Assembly (NCBI GenBank): GCA_965198175.1 | Contig: OZ240245.1 | Span: 3,264,001-3,328,000 of the forward strand | Direction of reading: 5' to 3' | Source: Candidatus Poribacteria bacterium | GTDB taxonomy: Bacteria; Poribacteria; WGA-4E; PCPOR2b | Length of the DNA stretch: 64,000 bases | Shown here: piece by piece, positions 39,232 through 48,586 of the stretch | Layout: the number at the start of each line of letters is the position of its first letter | Position numbering within the stretch: position 1 is the stretch's first letter | Translations under genes and position numbers: made by a program | Notes under the pieces: generated by a model | Seen by the model: only the letters and a program-made list of their open reading frames with translations | Told to the model about the DNA's origin: nothing | The model's database searches: none

Positions 39232-39368
39232 ATCTGATGCTATATTTGACTCAGCTTATAGGACAGCAGCGACTTGAGTGTTTTCGTCTGATATAAGCAT
39301 AGAAGCAGAAACGAGATCAATTACCGTGTCCTAGTAAACAACATTCTGCTCAATTTGAGGAGGACTAA

Positions 39369-40229
39369 TTAATAGCTCTTGAGCCGAGCCCAAGTTGTGG
39401 CGAGCTTAGCCTTCGCCTCAACAGAGGTAACGGATGCCAAATTTGTATTAGCGAGTTCGGCAATTTCCTCAGCAGAAAGTGCGCGGTCAAAGATTGCTAC
39501 ATCGTCAATCATGCCGTCAATGTATTTGAAGTTGTCGACTTCGCCACCATGTCCTCGCGATGTCCCTAAGAGAATTGGGTGATCAGGGAAAACGGCGTAG
39601 GGCGCTGTCAGCGTAACTGGTTCCATGCCCGAGTCATGGTGGAACCCCCAAGTAATATTAGCTGGAGCTCCGTTAAGGAAGGCTTGGAGAGTCTGTCCGT
39701 TTGCGACTTGTGCCATGTGTATCCATGTCCCCAGCTCGTACGAAACGTCGGCATTTAACCACCCTTCCGCATTGTGCGCATCCGGTTCCTGTTCACCGTC
39801 CACGGCGCCCTTAATATTGTTGGAGCCATAAGACAGGTTGGTGTCGCCGGTAGTGATCAGTCGGATGTGGAAATGTGGTCCCCAGCCGACTTTTTCACCC
39901 TTAAACATTATTCCGCCGTGATCGCCGGAGGCTCTAATAAACGCTCGTACGGCGTGCGTGAATGCATTCTCCATCGCATCCATGGAAGGATGGTGGGGAA
40001 TCTCGGCGTAAGCATCGACGCCGTTGACCTCAAGGGCGCGTCCGTGCACACCATCGCCGTACCCCGCACCGCCCACTAAGGAGCCGTTAGCGTTTCCCAT
40101 AATGTCATTTAGGTTGTCACCTTCGAACGTCCATGCAGAAATGAGACCATCTGTCAAACCAGCCGAGGCGACACTTGCGGCGACGCAAAATAGAAGAACC
40201 ACAAAGATTTGAGTATACAAACGTAACAT
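39369..40229 (-). CDS. Secreted LamG-like protein with TWG tail
   Basis: Signal peptide (...ASA), WTFEG and DDVAIFDRALS motifs; tail SVEAKAKLATTWARLKSY. Confidence 0.88.
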   Translation of the reverse strand: MLRLYTQIFVVLLFCVAASVASAGLTDGLISAWTFEGDNLNDIMGNANGSLVGGAGYGDGVHGRALEVNGVDAYAEIPHHPSMDAMENAFTHAVRAFIRASGDHGGIMFKGEKVGWGPHFHIRLITTGDTNLSYGSNNIKGAVDGEQEPDAHNAEGWLNADVSYELGTWIHMAQVANGQTLQAFLNGAPANITWGFHHDSGMEPVTLTAPYAVFPDHPILLGTSRGHGGEVDNFKYIDGMIDDVAIFDRALSAEEIAELANTNLASVTSVEAKAKLATTWARLKSY

Positions 40230-40563
40230 TATCAATCTCCTTCTTAGAAAGTGTGAATTGGTAACTTGTGCGAATCTTAAGCAGATAAAAAATTTGCAAT
40301 GCTCGGCTTAAGATTTAAAACGTATTCGCACAAACCGTTAATATTTGCACCAGTGTTTCGATTCAACTTTAGTGTTGCTTCCCTGAAGTTTCCGGTTTTG
40401 CCTTAACAGTACAAGCTTTTTCCCAGAATCTGCAAGATGTTTAGGCGAAATGCCATTGTTGGCATATACACAATCGGTTAACCACCTCCTTTTCACGTTG
40501 TTCTTGGTAGGCTTGCCTAATTGACTCCTGAAAGTTTCTGGTGCGAAAACGTTGCCTACAAAG

Positions 40564-41613
40564 CTATCTTTCGCTTTCTAACCGTTCGTCTTTTCTGACC
40601 TGTTTTATCTCCCCCCATGCTGCCGGACGCTTGGCTTTGGGAGAAACTGAAAATGCCACTCGAGGGTCAAACCATGCTGGATACGCGTCAAACGCCTCGT
40701 TATTGGTCAGGTTCGTCGGGTTGCCCCCGTCAGCGTCCATCACATAGATTTCGCCGTCACCATCACGCAGAGATGCGAAGGCTATCCGTCTGCCATCCGG
40801 GGACCACGCAGGATAATCATCCCAACCGAAATCATTGGTCAGGTTTGTAGGGTTCGCTCCATCAGCAGCATCAATGACGTAGATTTCGTTGTTGAAGTCA
40901 CGGGTCGCCGAGAAAGCTATCTTCTGGCCAGATTTTGTCTGCCATGCAGGGTTTCTGTCATCGTCAGGGTCGTTCGTCAGACGCTTTTGATTCTCGCCAT
41001 TCGCATCCATGGAATAGATTTCAAAGTTACCGTCCCGACTGCTGGACCACGCAATCTTTTTGCCATCCGGAGACCAAGTAGGTTCCATATCTTGGTCTTT
41101 ATGCCGAGTGACCCGGAAAGTGTCCTTTTGGTCGCCAAATTTCTCAATCTTCCATGGATCGAACTGTCCCTCGGATGCTCTGACGACCCAAAGGTCAAAG
41201 TTCCATCCTTCATTTACATTTGCATGAACAAATGCAATCCACTGACCGTCTGGTGACCATGATGGCGTCAGGTCTCGTACTCCAGATGTCAGCTTACGAA
41301 TCTCCTTTCCGTCAGAATTCATGATGTAGATATGTTCCCAGTGCTCTCCCCGATTCGAAGCGAAGACAATCCGAGTCCCATCAGGAGACCACGACGGAGA
41401 CAGATCGCGACTGCTATCCTTGGTAATTTTTTTTGGATTTTGCCCCTCGTCATCCATCACCCAAATCTCCTCGTTGTTGCTCCTGTCAGATTCAAAAAGG
41501 ATTACCGCCCTGTCAGGGGGCTCTTGTGCATCACCGTGCATCGCGAAGACGAACGTCGCCACCACACTAATGACATTTAGCCCGATGTACAGTAGTTTGT
41601 TCCGTTGTTGCAT
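40564..41613 (-). CDS. Secreted TolB-like (PD40 repeat) beta-propeller with TWG-type tail
   Basis: Repeated P-x-WSPDG and RDGNFEIY motifs; tail SVSPKAKRPAAWGEIK. Confidence 0.9.
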   Translation of the reverse strand: MQQRNKLLYIGLNVISVVATFVFAMHGDAQEPPDRAVILFESDRSNNEEIWVMDDEGQNPKKITKDSSRDLSPSWSPDGTRIVFASNRGEHWEHIYIMNSDGKEIRKLTSGVRDLTPSWSPDGQWIAFVHANVNEGWNFDLWVVRASEGQFDPWKIEKFGDQKDTFRVTRHKDQDMEPTWSPDGKKIAWSSSRDGNFEIYSMDANGENQKRLTNDPDDDRNPAWQTKSGQKIAFSATRDFNNEIYVIDAADGANPTNLTNDFGWDDYPAWSPDGRRIAFASLRDGDGEIYVMDADGGNPTNLTNNEAFDAYPAWFDPRVAFSVSPKAKRPAAWGEIKQVRKDERLESER

Positions 41614-41683
41614 GTCGACCTCCGTATGTATCTGCTCAACGTGTTGAAAAAACCGCTGCTGCCAAAAAGTGTCATGTATGCTC

Positions 41684-42682
41684 CTACAACTTCCTTGCTA
41701 TACGCTTTATCTCACCCCATGTCGCCGTAGCTCTGTCGGCAGGAGAAACCGAGAAAGCGACCACGGGGTCAAACCATGCGGGATTGGCGTCGAACGCCTC
41801 CTCAGTGTTGGTCAGGTTGGTCGGATTTCCGCCATCGGAATCCATCACATAGATTTCTCCGTTTCCATCCCGCAGCGTCGCAAAGGCTATCTTGCTGCCA
41901 TTTGGTGACCATTCTGGAAAGTCGTCCCAATTGAAATCGTTGGTCAGGTTGGTTGGGTTTCCCCCATCGACATCCATTACGTAGATTTCATTATTGAAGT
42001 CGCGCGTTGACGAAAAAGCAATCTTCTGACCGAGTTTCGGTTGCCATGCCGGCGACTTATCGTCGCCAGGGTCGTCAGTGAGCCTTTTTTGATTTTCTCC
42101 GGTGGCATCCATTACATAAACCTCAAAGTTGCCGTCCCGATTGCTGGACCAAACAATTCTTCTGCCGTCCGGTGACCAATCAGGCTCAATGTCCGTGTCT
42201 CCGTGTTCTGTAAGCTGCACAGGCTCGACGCCCATGTCTCCATGCTCGGCTTCTAGCAAAAAAATCTCGTAGTTCCATTCTGCTGCGCGAGGAGAACCAA
42301 TCAGAATTGACACACCGTCCGGTGACCACCTCGGTCCCTTATCCTGAGCACCATTTTCGGTTAGTCTACGCACATCCTTACCCGCGCTGCTCATTATAAA
42401 CACATCTTCCCAGTGAGCTGCACGGTTCGACATGAAAGCAATCCATTCCCCATCTGGAGACCACGCCGGTTCCGTATCTTCCTTTTTGTCCTTTGTTAAT
42501 CTAACCGGATTTCCTCCATCCGCATCCATTATGTAAATCTCGCTGTTGCCATCTCGATCGGATTCAAAAGCAATTTTCGCGACGTTGGGTGGTTCCGCGT
42601 AGACACCGTCCTCAAGCACAATCATAACGATTACAAGCACGCCAAGTAACCCTAACCATCCAACTTTTCGACGGGGTGACAT
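41684..42682 (-). CDS. Secreted TolB-like (PD40 repeat) beta-propeller with TWG tail; paralog of its neighbour
   Basis: Repeated WSPDG blades; tail [22 protein letters not shown]. Confidence 0.9.
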   Translation of the reverse strand: MSPRRKVGWLGLLGVLVIVMIVLEDGVYAEPPNVAKIAFESDRDGNSEIYIMDADGGNPVRLTKDKKEDTEPAWSPDGEWIAFMSNRAAHWEDVFIMSSAGKDVRRLTENGAQDKGPRWSPDGVSILIGSPRAAEWNYEIFLLEAEHGDMGVEPVQLTEHGDTDIEPDWSPDGRRIVWSSNRDGNFEVYVMDATGENQKRLTDDPGDDKSPAWQPKLGQKIAFSSTRDFNNEIYVMDVDGGNPTNLTNDFNWDDFPEWSPNGSKIAFATLRDGNGEIYVMDSDGGNPTNLTNTEEAFDANPAWFDPVVAFSVSPADRATATWGEIKRIARKL

Positions 42683-42934
42683 CCTTGACCTTCCTTTCGC
42701 GACATGATCTGAAGATGAATTCGCTACATTAACGGGCTTCTGCCGTGGATTTCGTTTAAAAAAGCACAAGGGTCACAATACTGAACCAGACTCGAATGTG
42801 TCAGAATTCGAAGGACTTGAAATTCCCATAAATCCTGATACATTCGGTCAATCAGTTAGATTTAACTTCTGTTATTCAGAAATCTGCATCAAAATCTCTT
42901 CTGAATAGTGGATACAGTGTATTGCTTATTCTGG

Positions 42935-43738
42935 CTAATCTCGGCGTGACTTGACATAGCCCCAGCTAGTAGGCAGTTTGCCGCCAGGTTGCACGCTCAA
43001 GGGGATGCCGCTCATGAATTCATTAATCTCGTCCTCCGATAGCGCAGACTTAAAAAGAGCGACTTCATCAATCAATCCGCCGTACGGCTCACCGATGGCA
43101 ATGTGGGACCGCTCTCCGATCATAAAGAGCGGGTCACCGACGAACTGTATCTCTCCCTTGCGGTCCTTGTGATTCGCAACTTCTTCACCATTCACGTAGG
43201 AGATTGCCTCGTCGCCGGTAAAGACGAATGCGAGATGAGCCCACTCCTTCGATGCAACCTGTCCAGAGTCGTATTCGCGGTCCTTCGCCACGCCCCCTTC
43301 GACTAAGTTAAGCCAGGTCGCCATCGCGCCGCCTCGAACGCCGATTTGATGCCCGACCCAAGGATCGTCCCACTGTGCCTGATCGTCATGCGGAACGCCA
43401 GCCACATACTGCGTCGGTTGCGAATCGTCCGGGTTTGCCCAAGCCATCAAGGTCAAATTCTGCGAGATTCTGAGATCCGCCGAATTTGCGATTTGGACTG
43501 CATTTCCATCTTTTTTCAAGAACTTCACTGCACCTTTAGGACCGTCAATCGGGGCGCCATCATTCTTAACAAGTGTAGCCACGCCCTTCATCTGTCCGTC
43601 ATGTCCATTTCCGGTTGCATCTTTTGGATCGCCGTCAAATTTCCAATATGCCACGAGATCGTCAACCTGCGAAATTCCGATAACTGGCATCGCCACCAAC
43701 AGGCTTAAGGTGGCTAAAGTAACCAAAATAAATCTCAT
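42935..43738 (-). CDS. Secreted LamG-like protein with TWG tail (PWVG subfamily)
   Basis: Signal peptide, YWKFDG and DEVALFKSALS motifs; tail SVQPGGKLPTSWGYVKSRRD. Confidence 0.88.
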   Translation of the reverse strand: MRFILVTLATLSLLVAMPVIGISQVDDLVAYWKFDGDPKDATGNGHDGQMKGVATLVKNDGAPIDGPKGAVKFLKKDGNAVQIANSADLRISQNLTLMAWANPDDSQPTQYVAGVPHDDQAQWDDPWVGHQIGVRGGAMATWLNLVEGGVAKDREYDSGQVASKEWAHLAFVFTGDEAISYVNGEEVANHKDRKGEIQFVGDPLFMIGERSHIAIGEPYGGLIDEVALFKSALSEDEINEFMSGIPLSVQPGGKLPTSWGYVKSRRD

Positions 43739-43785
43739 TGTTTCTGATTCCTCCTACCTAGGTTTGAATAGTTATGTTACGTACT

Positions 43786-43820
43786 CAACCTTCGGAGGGC
43801 TTTTAACCCCTCGAAGGTTG
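43786..43820. repeat. Intergenic palindrome (REP-like hairpin)
   Basis: CAACCTTCGGAGGG-cttttaa-CCCCTCGAAGGTTG imperfect inverted repeat. Confidence 0.55.
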
Positions 43821-43867
43821 ATTGGATTCATTTTGAGTTCGTCTGACTAAAAGGCAACACAGTAGAG

Positions 43868-44647
43868 TTAACGGTCACGCTTCAGGTTACCCCAAGTGGT
43901 TGCTAATTTACTAGCCGGTTCCACGGCGCCCCCAGGCTCGATTCCACTCATGTCTGCCTGGATTTGTTCTGGGCTTCTAACACCGTTCCATAGCGCGACT
44001 TCGTCAATGGCACCCTTGAAGTATTCACCCGCTGCTTCTTTCGAACGAATTCCGACCACGAAGCTCGGCGCGCCCTCATATGTAGTCTCTCCGTCGCGGT
44101 CTCCATTGTTGGCAACCTCCTCGCCATTCACGTAAGAAATTGACGTATCTCCATCAAACGTAAAGGCTATATGTGTCCACGCACCCGATTCAATCGCACC
44201 GGAGTCGTACTCACGATCTTCGCCTGCGATACTCACCCATGTCGCCATTTTACCACCGCGAACCCCAATCTGTTGACCGACCCACGGATTATCCCAATCA
44301 GCGCCATCATCATACGGCGTTCCACAAGCGAATTGCGTAGGTCCTGCATCGTCGGAGTTGACCCATGCTTCCAGAGTGACGTTTTTTGCAATTTGAAACA
44401 TATCAGAATTCCCAGCGTCAATGAAGTCGTCTTCTCCATCGAGCTGAACCGCTCCGCCCATGGGGCTAGTTGTCCTAGCGACACCGTTCATGAGAGTTCC
44501 GTTATTTCCGTTGCCGCTGCCATCCATAGCAGTGTCACCGGAGCCCTCTTCAAAGTTGTAGTACAGAACGAAGTCTTGGGCGCTTCCAATTGCGGAAATA
44601 CCCGCTAACAAGACTACAAATGCAATGGTTAAACTCAAACTTCTCAT
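43868..44647 (-). CDS. Secreted LamG-like protein with TWG tail (PWVG subfamily)
   Basis: Signal peptide, YYNFEEG and WTHIAFTFDG motifs; tail AVEPASKLATTWGNLKRDR. Confidence 0.9.
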   Translation of the reverse strand: MRSLSLTIAFVVLLAGISAIGSAQDFVLYYNFEEGSGDTAMDGSGNGNNGTLMNGVARTTSPMGGAVQLDGEDDFIDAGNSDMFQIAKNVTLEAWVNSDDAGPTQFACGTPYDDGADWDNPWVGQQIGVRGGKMATWVSIAGEDREYDSGAIESGAWTHIAFTFDGDTSISYVNGEEVANNGDRDGETTYEGAPSFVVGIRSKEAAGEYFKGAIDEVALWNGVRSPEQIQADMSGIEPGGAVEPASKLATTWGNLKRDR

Positions 44648-44717
44648 TAAATTCCTCCTTTAGGATTATTTTTCAGCGTATGTTCAGAATCTAAGAATCA
44701 ACCTTATGATTCTTCCT

Positions 44718-44746
44718 ATTATACTAATATTTCACAAAAAATCCAA
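44718..44746 (-). promoter_or_regulatory. Putative sigma70 promoter for LamG gene 43868-44647
   Basis: Minus strand TTGGAT-N17-TATAAT. Confidence 0.55.
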
Positions 44747-44849
44747 GAAAAATAAAATTCTTTGAAAAGATTCCATAATTACCGACGCCAGTATAAATTT
44801 GAAGCCTTGTGAGAGAAGATTTCGGACGAAAGCCTGTTACAGATTTTCG

Positions 44850-44878
44850 TTGCAAGGTTTTCTCAGGTATGCTATAAT
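44850..44878 (+). promoter_or_regulatory. Putative sigma70 promoter for the ppa-like/mtnA/E2 genes
   Basis: TTGCAA-N17-TATAAT with extended -10 TG. Confidence 0.6.
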
Positions 44879-45099
44879 GTGACAAATTGAATCTGATGAA
44901 TAATTGAGATTCCGACTCTCTTTATCATAACGGGAGGTTTTGCGTAAAGCAATTCTTGTAGGAGTAGTAATGTGCCGGAACCGGTATATATCTTCATTAT
45001 AGCCGCTTGAGTTCACCTTATAGCGGCTTTTGTCTTGAGTTTTCGGTTTTCATTTGCCGAGGATACCAACTAACTGTTAGCTACAATAAAGGGAAAAAG

Positions 45100-45735
45100 A
45101 TGAACCTGCAGGAAATCTCCCTTGGACGTCATGCACCTTCCATTGTCAATGTGGTCATTGAAGCATCGAAGGACAGTCAGGAAAAATATCACTTCCACGC
45201 CAAGAGCGGCAGATTTAAACTGGCGTATAAGTTCAGCGTGCCGGTTCCAACAGAATACGGTTGGATACCAGAAACGATTGCTGAAGATGGGCACTTCCTC
45301 AATGCAATGGTGATTGGTCGTGAGCCGACTCACCCAGGTTATATCTGTGAGGCGCGTCCAATCGGTATGCTGAAGCGGAAAGACAACGATCATCACATAA
45401 TTTGCGTTCTGCTGGGCGACGAGGAGTACGCTTCCGTTCAGGATATTGCCGACCTGAACATAATTTGGATTAGGAAGATTGTTGCTTTTTTTGAACCCTA
45501 CTTTGAGTTGTCCGGCTGGCTCACCAGAATTGAAGCAATAGAGGCGATAAAAACCGCTCACGGGAAATATCGCACGAGACGCAGGCGACCACACACAACA
45601 AGAGGTCGTAGAAATACATCAGTCCCTGGTAGTTCAAGCAAGACCAGCACAGAATCCGCCGGCTATGGGGATAACCCCGAGCGAGATGATGCACCTAATC
45701 TAGCGGAGGAAGAGGATGCCCACCCCAACAATTGA
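45100..45735 (+). CDS. Family I inorganic pyrophosphatase-like protein with degenerate active site and disordered tail
   Basis: NVVIE, KY, YGWIPET and RPIGML fold motifs are present, but DGDPLD appears as DGHFLN. Confidence 0.75.
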   Translation: MNLQEISLGRHAPSIVNVVIEASKDSQEKYHFHAKSGRFKLAYKFSVPVPTEYGWIPETIAEDGHFLNAMVIGREPTHPGYICEARPIGMLKRKDNDHHIICVLLGDEEYASVQDIADLNIIWIRKIVAFFEPYFELSGWLTRIEAIEAIKTAHGKYRTRRRRPHTTRGRRNTSVPGSSSKTSTESAGYGDNPERDDAPNLAEEEDAHPNN

Positions 45736-46783
45736 GTGGGTTGACGGCAGCGTGCGTTTGATCGATCAAACACTGCTGCCAAATGAACTCAAGCAGATCT
45801 ATTGTAATGATGTAGAATGCGTTTGGGAGGCGATTAAGTCGCTCAGAGTTCGTGGCGCGCCTGCGATTGGGATTGCGGGCGCGCTAGGGACTGTTCTTGG
45901 CATCTGGAACTCAAAAGCAACAAGATACGCTGATTTTGTAGTTGAACTTCATGGGGTGACAGACTATCTTGCAACCTCACGTCCGACGGCTGTGAACCTC
46001 TTTTGGGCGCTCGATCGTATGAGGATAACGGCACAGCGGCACAAGGATCTTAAGATTGTCGCACTCAAGCGAGCGCTGCTCGATGAAGCACTGCAAATTA
46101 TCGAAGAGGATCGCGCAATGTGTCGCGCTATCGGCGAACACGGTTTGCGTCTCATCCAAGACAATGACACCATCTTGACGCATTGCAATGCCGGGGGATT
46201 AGCGACCGCCGATTATGGGACAGCTCTTGCGGTGATGTTTAAGGCTCACGAATCTGGAAAGAATATCCGAGTCTACGCCGATGAAACGCGGCCGTTGCTT
46301 CAGGGCTCCCGCTTGACGACCTGGGAGCTTATGCAGGCGGGCATAGATGTGACGCTAATCTGTGATAACATGGCGGCACAAGTGATGAAAGAGGGAAAAA
46401 TCCAGTGCGTCATTGTCGGAGCAGATCGAATCGCAGCAAATGGAGACGCAGCAAATAAAATTGGAACCTATGGGGTAGCAGTCCTAGCAGAAGCTCATAG
46501 AATCCCTTTCTATGTTGCTGCTCCGACTTCAACGCTAGATTTCTCCCTTGACACCGGAGCACAAATCCCCATTGAGCAGCGTCGCGCTGAAGAAATTACA
46601 GAGGGGTTCGGGAAAAAAACCGCCCCGGAAGGGGTTAAAGTCTACAGTCCTGCCTTCGATGTAACGCCTGCCCACCTAGTTACTGCTATTATCACGGACA
46701 AGGGAATTGCCCGACCGCCCTATGAATTGAGCCTGAAAGCGCTCTCGGCGCATCACGAAAATCCTAACCACTCTTCAGAATAG
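45716..46783 (+). CDS. mtnA: S-methyl-5-thioribose-1-phosphate isomerase
   Basis: VRGAPAIG, SRPTAVNL, THCNAGGLAT, DETRP, GADRIAANGD, NKIGTY and PAFDVTP motifs. Confidence 0.96.
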   Translation: MPTPTIEWVDGSVRLIDQTLLPNELKQIYCNDVECVWEAIKSLRVRGAPAIGIAGALGTVLGIWNSKATRYADFVVELHGVTDYLATSRPTAVNLFWALDRMRITAQRHKDLKIVALKRALLDEALQIIEEDRAMCRAIGEHGLRLIQDNDTILTHCNAGGLATADYGTALAVMFKAHESGKNIRVYADETRPLLQGSRLTTWELMQAGIDVTLICDNMAAQVMKEGKIQCVIVGADRIAANGDAANKIGTYGVAVLAEAHRIPFYVAAPTSTLDFSLDTGAQIPIEQRRAEEITEGFGKKTAPEGVKVYSPAFDVTPAHLVTAIITDKGIARPPYELSLKALSAHHENPNHSSE

Positions 46784-46863
46784 CTAATACTCATCAAATT
46801 CGTGGTGGCGAAATCTGCTACGCTTATAATGCCGCTAGCCAGAACAGTATTTGAGGGAAGAAA

Positions 46864-48222
46864 ATGGCAACCCCAGTTTTGATGCCCAAGTTAGGGCAAT
46901 CTGTAGAAAGTTGCATTATCGTCAGTTGGAAAAAAGAAAAAGGAGATTCTGTAGTTGAAGGTGACCTACTCTGCGAAATTGAAACCGATAAAGCAACGCT
47001 GGAAGTGGAAAGCCCCGCATCCGGCACACTATTGTACCTGTTTTGTAGGGAGGGCGATGAAGTCCAGGTTCAAGCCAACATCGCTGTCATTGGAAAACCC
47101 GGAGAAGAGTTTAACAGCTTTCGCCCTGATTCGGTGATAAGAACCCCTGGCGTCGAGGATTCAGCCGATGCGCTCCGTGACGCTGTTGAGACAGCTTCAC
47201 CTGAGACAAAGACAGTCGCTGATCCCCCAATTATCAGCGCTACGCCCTCCGCGGCAAATTTAGCTTCCACAAGCATATCTCCCCGAGCTGGACATCTAGC
47301 GGCAAAGCACGGACTCGATACTGCAACGATTCGGGGTACAGGTCCCGGTGGTCGGATTGTCGAAAGGGACGTACAAGCTGCCCTCGCAACCAGACAGCCG
47401 ATGACGCCTCTTGTGAAGTCTATGATCGCGCAGGACCAATTGACCGCGCCAACTCATGGTTCTGGTATCGGTGGTCGCGTGACCGCGGGCGATCTCAGTG
47501 CTAAGGAGGTTGAGCCTTCTACAGAGAGCGAAATACGGACGATCCCACTCAATGGGGTACGGAAGGTCGTCGCCGAGCGCATGTTGAGTTCCATACAGTC
47601 GACAGCTCAACTCACACTCAATGCTTCGGCTGATGCAAGTGCACTGTTAGCCTACCGACAGAATCTGAAGAATAGCGCAGAGTCGCTTGAATTGCGAGAG
47701 ATTACTGTCAACGATTTAATCCTCTTCGCCGTGTCGAGAACGTTGACTGAATACCCTGACTTGAACGCGCTGTTTACAGAAGACACGATTTGCCAATATC
47801 GGGATATACACCTAGGGTTTGCTGTGGATACCCCTCGTGGCTTAATCGTGCCGGTCATCCGCAACGCGAACGCTTTAAGCGTGAAAGGCATTTGTCAGGA
47901 AACCAAACGACTCTCCTCCACTTGCTTAGAAGGGAAGGTATCGCCCGACGAGTTAACTGGCGGCACATTTACGGTGACGAACCTTGGCAGCTTAGGGATT
48001 GAGAGCTTCACACCCATACTCAATCCGCCTCAAGCAGGTATTCTTGGGGTAGGCAGCGTAAATCTGAAGCCGGTGGAAATCGAAGGCGACGTGCAGTTTA
48101 TTCCGCACATTGGATTATCATTGACCATCAACCATCAAGTGGTTGATGGAGCACCTGCCGCTCGGTTCCTAAACACCCTTTCACAGCGATTGGCCGAAAT
48201 CAACCTGTTGTTGGCTCTGTAA
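46864..48222 (+). CDS. 2-oxoacid dehydrogenase E2 (dihydrolipoamide acyltransferase)
   Basis: Lipoyl ETDKA, two peripheral subunit-binding domain (PSBD)-like segments, GGTFTVTNLG and NHQVVDG. Confidence 0.93.
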   Translation: MATPVLMPKLGQSVESCIIVSWKKEKGDSVVEGDLLCEIETDKATLEVESPASGTLLYLFCREGDEVQVQANIAVIGKPGEEFNSFRPDSVIRTPGVEDSADALRDAVETASPETKTVADPPIISATPSAANLASTSISPRAGHLAAKHGLDTATIRGTGPGGRIVERDVQAALATRQPMTPLVKSMIAQDQLTAPTHGSGIGGRVTAGDLSAKEVEPSTESEIRTIPLNGVRKVVAERMLSSIQSTAQLTLNASADASALLAYRQNLKNSAESLELREITVNDLILFAVSRTLTEYPDLNALFTEDTICQYRDIHLGFAVDTPRGLIVPVIRNANALSVKGICQETKRLSSTCLEGKVSPDELTGGTFTVTNLGSLGIESFTPILNPPQAGILGVGSVNLKPVEIEGDVQFIPHIGLSLTINHQVVDGAPAARFLNTLSQRLAEINLLLAL

Positions 48223-48365
48223 CCGCGGTAGTTCAACGCACGAACTAAGACCTGAGGGCTAAGAAGGCCATGCCTATTGGGTTAATTCCGTGGTATTCTC
48301 ACCCAAAATGGTACCACACTCACAAGCAGAAGTTCGGCCGGGACGATTCTACTTTGGGAACTCAG

Positions 48366-48486
48366 GTAGAAACCGTGTTATTGCCAAACACTCCGAATCC
48401 GTTTCACCCGAGCGCGTGGAGCTCTCATCCGTTGGCAGAGCCGGTTAGCCACGGAGGATCTACCGCCACTGAGAAATCATCAGTCA
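48366..48486 (+). pseudogene. Degraded fragment of an NYPNPFNPETW-type C-terminal domain
   Basis: ETVLLPNTPNPFHPSAWSSHPLAEP resembles LLQNYPNPFNPETWIPYQLS of the gene at 63591; after a frameshift it reads IYRH*EIISQ. Confidence 0.55.
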
Positions 48487-48586
48487 GCAAATCATATCAA
48501 ATGTCAAGGCAATGTTAGGGCAAAACCACAGTTGTGCTTTTGCAGGTTACCCTTTACTAATGGAGATCGCACAATTGGAGAATACA

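Noticed and set aside
30162..44647. Diversity-generating retroelement acting on the LamG/TolB paralogs
   Set aside because: No reverse transcriptase and no near-identical template/variable repeat pair with adenine-specific differences seen.
44900..45040. SAM-I riboswitch upstream of mtnA
   Set aside because: Only a TTATCA-like start matches; the conserved kink-turn and P3/P4 sequences are not recognisable.
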